From: Verrucomicrobiia bacterium
GTDB taxonomy: Bacteria; Verrucomicrobiota; Verrucomicrobiia; Palsa-1439
NCBI GenBank assembly: GCA_037441425.1
Contig: JBBISF010000001.1
Coordinates: 632-64,631, forward strand
Direction of reading: 5' to 3'
Length of the DNA: 64,000 bases
Part shown: piece by piece, positions 58,200-64,000 of the stretch
How the letters are laid out: each line of letters opens with the position of its first letter
How positions within the stretch are numbered: the stretch's first letter is position 1
Position numbers and translations under genes: made by a program
The notes under the pieces: generated by a model
Database searches by the model: none
Told to the model about the DNA's origin: nothing
What the model saw: only the letters and a program-made list of their open reading frames with translations

Positions 58200-59129
58200 C
58201 TACACGAAATCCTGCGCCGGACTCTGCTCGCGATACGCGGTGGGCGACCGGCCGATTGTTTTGCGGAACAGGGCTGTAAAGTAGGTCGGGTCGCGGAAGC
58301 CGACCCGGCGGGCGATGACCGCCACTGGCAAGTCGGTGTCACGCAACAACAGTTTGGCCCGACTGAGGCGCTGGGTTTTGACGTAGGCCAACGGCGCGAT
58401 ACCGTACTCTTTGCGAAACACGCGACAGGCGTGCTCATAGCGGCAACCGAGTGAGGCCAGCAGTTCGGTCATCCGCGGCGGGGAATCGCTCGGGATGAAC
58501 CGCTCGTCCAAGAGTTGCCGGATGCGGCTGGCCAGATCGACTTGTTGCGGCTCGGGACCAGCCACGCGGCGGTCGAAAAGCTCGATTAGCAGCCGCAGCA
58601 ACACGCCGCGCGCCGCGAGTAGATCGTGGCCGCCGCGCCGGGCCAAGACGGCCAGTTGTTCGTGGAGTTCGTAGACCACGGCCGGCCGTTGGATCACGCC
58701 GTGCAGGATGCCGGGCGGGACGAACCGCGGTGCCCGCCGGTACCGCTTCGGTGACGGCACACCCGGATGGAATGTCATTACCGGGGTGTCGCCGATGGAG
58801 CCCTGATACACCCAATCAAAATGACACCAGTAACGATACAACGGGACCGGGCCCGCATTGGTGGTGACATGCCATTGCCCCGGCGGGACGATGAAGAACG
58901 AGCCGGGCGCGAGGTTGAATTTCTGGTCGGCAATCCGCATCCGCGCGTTGCCCCGACGAAACAGGAGCAGTTCGTGATCGTAGATCACCCGCAATCCTTC
59001 GATCCAGCCCGGCGGACTTTCCCCGTGGCTGGTGTGCGTCATCACCGAATCCGTGGCCCGCGCCGGCCGGACACAAGGAGCGATCCGCGATAACCAGATG
59101 GCATCGGGGGGATAAGTCAATTTTGTCAT
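58200..59129 (-). CDS. AraC-family transcriptional regulator (cupin plus HTH)
   Basis: C-terminal AraC HTH (LASLGCRYEHACRVFRKEYGIAPLAYVKTQRLSRAKLLLRDTDLPVAVIARRVGFRDPTYFTALFRK). Confidence 0.88.
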   Translation of the reverse strand: MTKLTYPPDAIWLSRIAPCVRPARATDSVMTHTSHGESPPGWIEGLRVIYDHELLLFRRGNARMRIADQKFNLAPGSFFIVPPGQWHVTTNAGPVPLYRYWCHFDWVYQGSIGDTPVMTFHPGVPSPKRYRRAPRFVPPGILHGVIQRPAVVYELHEQLAVLARRGGHDLLAARGVLLRLLIELFDRRVAGPEPQQVDLASRIRQLLDERFIPSDSPPRMTELLASLGCRYEHACRVFRKEYGIAPLAYVKTQRLSRAKLLLRDTDLPVAVIARRVGFRDPTYFTALFRKTIGRSPTAYREQSPAQDFV

Positions 59130-59223
59130 GGTTACGTCATAAAATTCACGATTACAAGCACAGCGGATTGTGCGATAAATACATTGCCATTGTCAAAAGC
59201 GCAATGGAGAAAGGGACAAGCAA

Positions 59224-59985
59224 ATGAAAGAAACAACCGTTACGAAAGGGACAACTGCAATGAAACAACCACGATTCGCCATCATGGTGGCCGGATTGGC
59301 GGCCATCGCCATGCTGTTCACCGCTGTGTCGGACGCGTCCGCCGCAGTCATCTACCAGGACAACTTCACCGGCTCGGGCAGCGCTCCGCTGAACGGAACG
59401 ACGCCCACCGTTACAACGGGCGCAGCCACATGGTGGGCTGAATCTGGGTGGACCGCTGATGGGGCCGTATCTGGTGGTGGGCAGGCGTATCTACCGCTCA
59501 CACCGATAGAAAAGGGCACCTATACGTTATCTGCAGACCTGACTGTGACATCGAGTGGGATTGACTGGATTGCTCTTGGCTTCGACAATAACACCGGTGG
59601 TGGCTACTTCATTGGTGGCGGCGCGGCTTGGATGCTGAATGACGGAAACGGCAATGTCACTGCGTTTACCAATGGCGTGTCTGCTTCGTTCCCGTTGGGA
59701 AATTACGGCACGAATGTCCCCGTATCGGCCAAAATTGTACTCAACACCATGCAGCCGCAATGGACTGCCGCGTGGTACGTGAATGGCACGCAAATGAAAA
59801 CGGTCACATTTAACACCAATCCCACAATCGACAGGGTGGAACTCTACGGTTTCTCTCCGGTAACCGGTAGCGTCGCTAACTTCCAACTGGACTTCGTGGG
59901 GGTTCCTGAACCGTCCACAGGGCTGCTGCTTCTCGTGGGTGGCGGGCTGTTGGCGTGGTGGAAACGGGCCGGTGGCCGGCGGTAA
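59224..59985 (+). CDS. PEP-CTERM sorting-domain protein
   Basis: Signal peptide and the C-terminal VPEPSTGLLLLVGGGLLAWWKRAGGRR anchor motif. A GGAGAAAGGGA RBS lies upstream of 59224. Confidence 0.85.
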   Translation: MKETTVTKGTTAMKQPRFAIMVAGLAAIAMLFTAVSDASAAVIYQDNFTGSGSAPLNGTTPTVTTGAATWWAESGWTADGAVSGGGQAYLPLTPIEKGTYTLSADLTVTSSGIDWIALGFDNNTGGGYFIGGGAAWMLNDGNGNVTAFTNGVSASFPLGNYGTNVPVSAKIVLNTMQPQWTAAWYVNGTQMKTVTFNTNPTIDRVELYGFSPVTGSVANFQLDFVGVPEPSTGLLLLVGGGLLAWWKRAGGRR

Positions 59986-60099
59986 GCCGTTGTCGGGCGC
60001 GATGCCGCCGTGGGGTACCGTGCCCAGTAAAAACGTCGTGAACAATGCCGGTGGAGGCAAGCGATTAAAAAGCGGCGGTCAGCGGTTCTAGCCCGAAGC

Positions 60100-60756
60100 C
60101 TGCGGTTTCGCAACGGCTTCACTTTAATCGAACTGTTGGTGGTCATTGCGATCATCGCGCTGCTGGCGGCGATGTTGTTGCCGGCATTGAAACAGGCCCG
60201 GGAGAAGGGGCGGCAGGCGGTCTGTCTCAGCAATGAACAGCAGATCGGCCGAGCCTGTGTCATGTACATGGATGATTACGGGGGCTATATCTACAATGGC
60301 AACGGCGTGCCCGGAGTGAACATCTTCGGTTGGTCGGTGTACCTGCAACCCTACCTGCCTGTCCATGACGTCAACACGAACCCCACCTGGATGTGTCCCA
60401 GTTCCCATCCCCCGAATGATACGTGGGCGGTGTCCGGCTACCCCGTGGGCGTCCCCGGGGATTTGCGGTACGCGTACGGCTACGCTTTCAATTGCGAACT
60501 CAGCTACGTGTTTGGCTCCTCGCCCAGCTTGAGCCAGGTCAATTCACCGGCCAACAAGGCACTCCTGCTTGAAGGGGCTGGTCCTGCGCTTTTCGCGACA
60601 TGGGTCGAGAATGAGAATGACCCTTGGGGGCGGAACCCGATGTACTGGCACTCCGCCGGCATGGACCTGTTGTTTTTCGACGCGCACGTGCAGTGGCTGC
60701 CGCGAGCCGTTGTCAAAGGCGACCAAAACAATTTACTGGATCCGCAACTTCCGTAA
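60100..60756 (+). CDS. prepilin-type N-terminal cleavage/methylation domain protein with an H-X9-D(G)-like C-terminal motif
   Basis: [25 protein letters not shown] is the class III signal motif. The C-terminus has [16 protein letters not shown]. The frame is open from 60031 with no ATG before the motif, so the start is unresolved (CTG 60100 is shown; the track uses TTG 60136, which would cut the motif). Confidence 0.7.
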   Translation: MRFRNGFTLIELLVVIAIIALLAAMLLPALKQAREKGRQAVCLSNEQQIGRACVMYMDDYGGYIYNGNGVPGVNIFGWSVYLQPYLPVHDVNTNPTWMCPSSHPPNDTWAVSGYPVGVPGDLRYAYGYAFNCELSYVFGSSPSLSQVNSPANKALLLEGAGPALFATWVENENDPWGRNPMYWHSAGMDLLFFDAHVQWLPRAVVKGDQNNLLDPQLP

Positions 60757-60796
60757 ACAGGCCGCCATCACCCGTGGTGAACTGCGGAAATCAATC

Positions 60797-63700
60797 ATGG
60801 AACTCCTGAAACGCAAAATCGTGTCCTACTGCTCCCTGATCGCCCTCCTCGTGCTGGCGGGCTGCCAGGTCGCCGCGCCCCCCCCGCCCGTGGCACAGGT
60901 GCCGGCGCCAAAACCGGCCGGCACGCCGGCGGTGTTATTCGCGCCGGGATATTACGGCGGCTGTGACTACGAGTTCGCCCGGTGGCTGGTACGGGACGGG
61001 TTCGCGGTGAACTCCCGGAACCAAAGTCTCGGCGACGCGCCGCTGACGTGGGATGAGGTCAAACCGTACAACGTTCTGGTGGTGCCCGGCATCGGCATGG
61101 CCAACGCGGATGGCACACTGACGGACAACAACCGGCAGAATCTGGAAGTGATCAACCGGTTTCTCCAAGCCGGCGGCGGCGTGTTGTATTTTCCCTCTTA
61201 CTCCCAGATGGACCGGCTAATTCCGCCGCAGAAAGCCTTGCTCCAACCCCTGGGGTTGACGCCGCTTTTCGAAGAAATGGTGTTCGACCACGAGACACCG
61301 GTCATCGCCACGCCCTGGCAGATTCCCTTCGCCTACAGCGACGCGATCCGGCCTTCGCCAATCACCACCGGCGTGAAGGGTTTGTGGTTGCCGGTGGCGA
61401 CTCGGGCGGGCTGGGAGGCTCACCTGGTGCCGTTCACGGCCGACCCGTCGTGGGACGTGGTGGTCACCGGCGGGGCCACATCGTACACCATCACCGTGCC
61501 CTGGCCGGCGATGGCGGCGACAAAGGAGATGACCAAGGGCCGGTTTGAGTTCCAGGTTCCCTTGGTGGCGCAGCGCGCGGTGGGGCCGGGCCGGCTGGTG
61601 GTCTGTGGGATCGATCCACAATGGCTCTGGGGGCAGTGGGCGGGGCTGACCTTGGAGGGTGTGACCCGTGATCGCGGGCTGCGCGGCAAACCCTCGGATG
61701 GCTATCCGATGGTCCTCGATTCGTTGCGCTGGTTGAGCGCGCCGTCACTGGCGACCGGGGCACTGGGCGGAGCCCAAACGTCGCCCAGCCAACTCGAGAA
61801 TCCGTTTGTGATGAAGTTCTGCGCGCCGACCGATTGGACACATCTGGCCCAGGCGCCGTTTCCGCAGGCAGGCAAGGAGTGGGCCGGGGTGATTGGGGCA
61901 CGCACGTCGTTGTCCGGCGGGAAAGGAACAGTGGCCGAGTGGGTCGCGCAAGCCAAAGCGCTTGGTCTGGGGTATCTGGTGTTCTTGGAGGATTTCGCGC
62001 GACTCACCGAAAAAGATTTTGACCAGCTCAAAGCCGACTGCGCGCAGTTCACGACCTCCGAGTTTGCGGCGATTCCCGGATTCCGGATTCAGGACGAAAT
62101 CGGGAACAACTATTTCTATACTTCACCGAAGCTGTTGTATCCGCCGAAGTATCTCCTCAGCGACAACGGCAAAGTGTTCATCGGGTACGACGCGCAGATT
62201 GGGCTGAAAGACCCGCGGACCGCGAAAGGTCAACTCGCCGCCACCACGCTCACCTACACCTACGTGCTCCAAGCGTTCAAGTTGCTGGCTGGAAATTACC
62301 TGTTCAACCGCGAGACGGTGCCCGTGGCGAATTGGTTCAGTGATTATGATTCCGTTGGAGTCATCACCCGGCAGGGGGGACGCGAGGTGCAGGACGCCAC
62401 GGCGGACTACCTGCAGCTCGTGGCCGCCGGGCAAGCCCCGTTGCCCGTGGTGGTGGATCTGCTCGACGACCCGGCGCAACTGGCGCAGACGCCATGGCGG
62501 ACCGTGTTGCCGATGACGTCCAGCGACACGATCGTGCCTGGCTGTTATGGCGATTCCGGCAAGCTTGACGGGGTGAATCCGGTCGCCGCCTATTTCAGCC
62601 AATGGCATTTCTGGCCCGACAATCCCACGCGGATCTACGTGACGGCCGGGCCGCAGATCGACTACTGGTCATTGGTCGGTCCGCGCAACTACGAATTCAA
62701 CAATCGGGGCGACTTCGTCTGGCAAAACTACCGGTGGCGGGTCGGCGGCAAGGTGCGCAGCACGGCCGGGCTTCGCGCGGTGGCGGTGTACGACGGGGCC
62801 CGCCTGGTGCGACGGTTCGCGCCGGGCGGCGCGAAGGAGTTCGCCTTCACGTTGGATCTGACCCACAATCAGCAGCACAACTTGGTGCTGCTCGTCACGG
62901 ACCAAGCGGGGCATCGCGCCCTGAGTGTCGAGCAGTGTGACTGGAATCACCGGCTCGAAGAGTACAACTGTGCCGACCGTCACAACCAACTGACCTGCGG
63001 GTACAACACGCGCACCAAAGACGACACCTCTATCCAGCTCGGTGGCCAGGCGTTTGCGACTCCTGACAAGCGGGTGCCCGGCCAGTGGATGTTTCCGGCG
63101 GGAATGTTCAAGAACGATCCGTTCCTAGGCGCCCCCGCCTTCGATGGCGCCGCCTACGGCGACCCATCGGTGGTGACGCCGGTGTTGACGTCGTGCGACA
63201 CGAAGGATGGACGGAAAATCATTGGCCCGCCCGTGGCCGACTCGCGCCGGCTGATGTGCAGCGGGGATGTTAACATTGGCGAGACCCGTAACGAGTACCG
63301 GTTTGCCGACAACGTGGATACGCTCAACGTCTGGCACACCTTGTGGCGACCGGTCGCCTCCTCCGACATTGTCACCTCGCTGCGGTGTTATCTGTTCCAA
63401 GTTGACCCGGACAGTCCGCTGGCCGTGACCCTGTGGCACGAGCGCGTGGGTTTACGGGCCGATCTCCCCATCCAGACGGCCACTGTGGGCGCAATCTCTC
63501 TGGGGCAATCCCAGTTGTGGGCCGTGTGCGGCAGCGACGGCACGGCATTGTCCGGCACGCGCGAAGAGACGTCACTGTCGCAGCCGCACTCCGAAGAACT
63601 GCCCTTCGGTTTCGGGGCGTACGCGGCCGCGCTCGGTTCGCCCATGGGGGGCTGTGCGGTATTCTCACTGACGGATGGACTGAACTTCACCTGGTCCACG

Positions 63701-64000
63701 CCGAAGACGGACGTGCTCTACCTCCGCCTGCCGGCGGCGATGGCTCCCCAGAAAAAGGATGAGAGTTGGGAGTTCGACCTGCTGGTGCTCGGGATCCCCC
63801 GCTCAACCAAGTACACCCAGATGTTTCTACAGCGGACGACCCAGGTCGTCGAACGGTTCCGCCGCGACTTCGGGTTAAGCGCCGCCGGTCCGAGTTACCG
63901 CGTGAAGCTGACCGCCGGCACGATCACCAGCCAGCGGTATCTGCTGCGGGTGGACGGCGCCGACGCCCAAGCTTTCTCCGGCGTCATTGACGGCGACCTG
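60797..64000 (+). CDS. large hypothetical lipoprotein, 3'-incomplete (runs off the window)
   Basis: Absent from the ORF track. Hand translation from ATG 60797 (MELLKRKIVSYCSLIALLVLAGCQ lipobox) gives 1068 codons with no stop to position 64000. No competing long ORF exists in this 3.2-kb stretch. Confidence 0.75.
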   Translation, partial: MELLKRKIVSYCSLIALLVLAGCQVAAPPPPVAQVPAPKPAGTPAVLFAPGYYGGCDYEFARWLVRDGFAVNSRNQSLGDAPLTWDEVKPYNVLVVPGIGMANADGTLTDNNRQNLEVINRFLQAGGGVLYFPSYSQMDRLIPPQKALLQPLGLTPLFEEMVFDHETPVIATPWQIPFAYSDAIRPSPITTGVKGLWLPVATRAGWEAHLVPFTADPSWDVVVTGGATSYTITVPWPAMAATKEMTKGRFEFQVPLVAQRAVGPGRLVVCGIDPQWLWGQWAGLTLEGVTRDRGLRGKPSDGYPMVLDSLRWLSAPSLATGALGGAQTSPSQLENPFVMKFCAPTDWTHLAQAPFPQAGKEWAGVIGARTSLSGGKGTVAEWVAQAKALGLGYLVFLEDFARLTEKDFDQLKADCAQFTTSEFAAIPGFRIQDEIGNNYFYTSPKLLYPPKYLLSDNGKVFIGYDAQIGLKDPRTAKGQLAATTLTYTYVLQAFKLLAGNYLFNRETVPVANWFSDYDSVGVITRQGGREVQDATADYLQLVAAGQAPLPVVVDLLDDPAQLAQTPWRTVLPMTSSDTIVPGCYGDSGKLDGVNPVAAYFSQWHFWPDNPTRIYVTAGPQIDYWSLVGPRNYEFNNRGDFVWQNYRWRVGGKVRSTAGLRAVAVYDGARLVRRFAPGGAKEFAFTLDLTHNQQHNLVLLVTDQAGHRALSVEQCDWNHRLEEYNCADRHNQLTCGYNTRTKDDTSIQLGGQAFATPDKRVPGQWMFPAGMFKNDPFLGAPAFDGAAYGDPSVVTPVLTSCDTKDGRKIIGPPVADSRRLMCSGDVNIGETRNEYRFADNVDTLNVWHTLWRPVASSDIVTSLRCYLFQVDPDSPLAVTLWHERVGLRADLPIQTATVGAISLGQSQLWAVCGSDGTALSGTREETSLSQPHSEELPFGFGAYAAALGSPMGGCAVFSLTDGLNFTWSTPKTDVLYLRLPAAMAPQKKDESWEFDLLVLGIPRSTKYTQMFLQRTTQVVERFRRDFGLSAAGPSYRVKLTAGTITSQRYLLRVDGADAQAFSGVIDGDL

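Overview
High-GC window, probably from a PVC-superphylum bacterium such as Verrucomicrobiota. That guess rests on a PEP-CTERM protein, a prepilin-type H-X9-D protein, and YXWGXW and DUF11 repeat proteins. All family names come from motif recognition by eye; no database search was run. Left to right: acs, a DcaP-like porin, a decayed hydrolase, and a DUF6132-like/DUF2892/TolC/MFP/RND efflux operon. Next come a globin-coupled sensor kinase with an NtrC-type regulator and an extra receiver, converging on a norZ (qNOR)-ywiC-like-octaheme HAO-like operon. A 14-subunit complex I operon follows (nuoA-N, with nuoE and nuoF fused and fumC overlapping the nuoN stop), and a MidA/NDUFAF7-like methyltransferase gene lies divergent from nuoA. 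After that: mscL, a DUF11 lipoprotein, DUF4197, TPR, ftsH, CDGSH, YXWGXW, and a hemerythrin-like gene. A decayed accessory island (about 47.7-52.1 kb) follows. The window ends with a sugar-type ABC system with an SBP-permease fusion, AraC, PEP-CTERM and pseudopilin-like genes, and a >1068-aa lipoprotein ORF that runs off the window and is missing from the ORF track. Most notable: three different PD-(D/E)xK-superfamily genes (YhcG/DUF1016-like, NucS-like, GxxExxY) sit inside the complex I operon. Two of them are nested within split palindromic 'cacgaat' intercistronic repeats, and an intact empty copy of that palindrome lies at nuoG/nuoH. One cassette also has a perfect 31-bp inverted repeat. 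Second: a perfectly phased 21-bp x 14 tandem array with a semi-palindromic core lies between an XRE regulator gene and an unknown gene in the island. Five GATC sites are also packed directly upstream of a truncated Dam-like gene. Most long antisense ORFs in the track are high-GC shadow ORFs.
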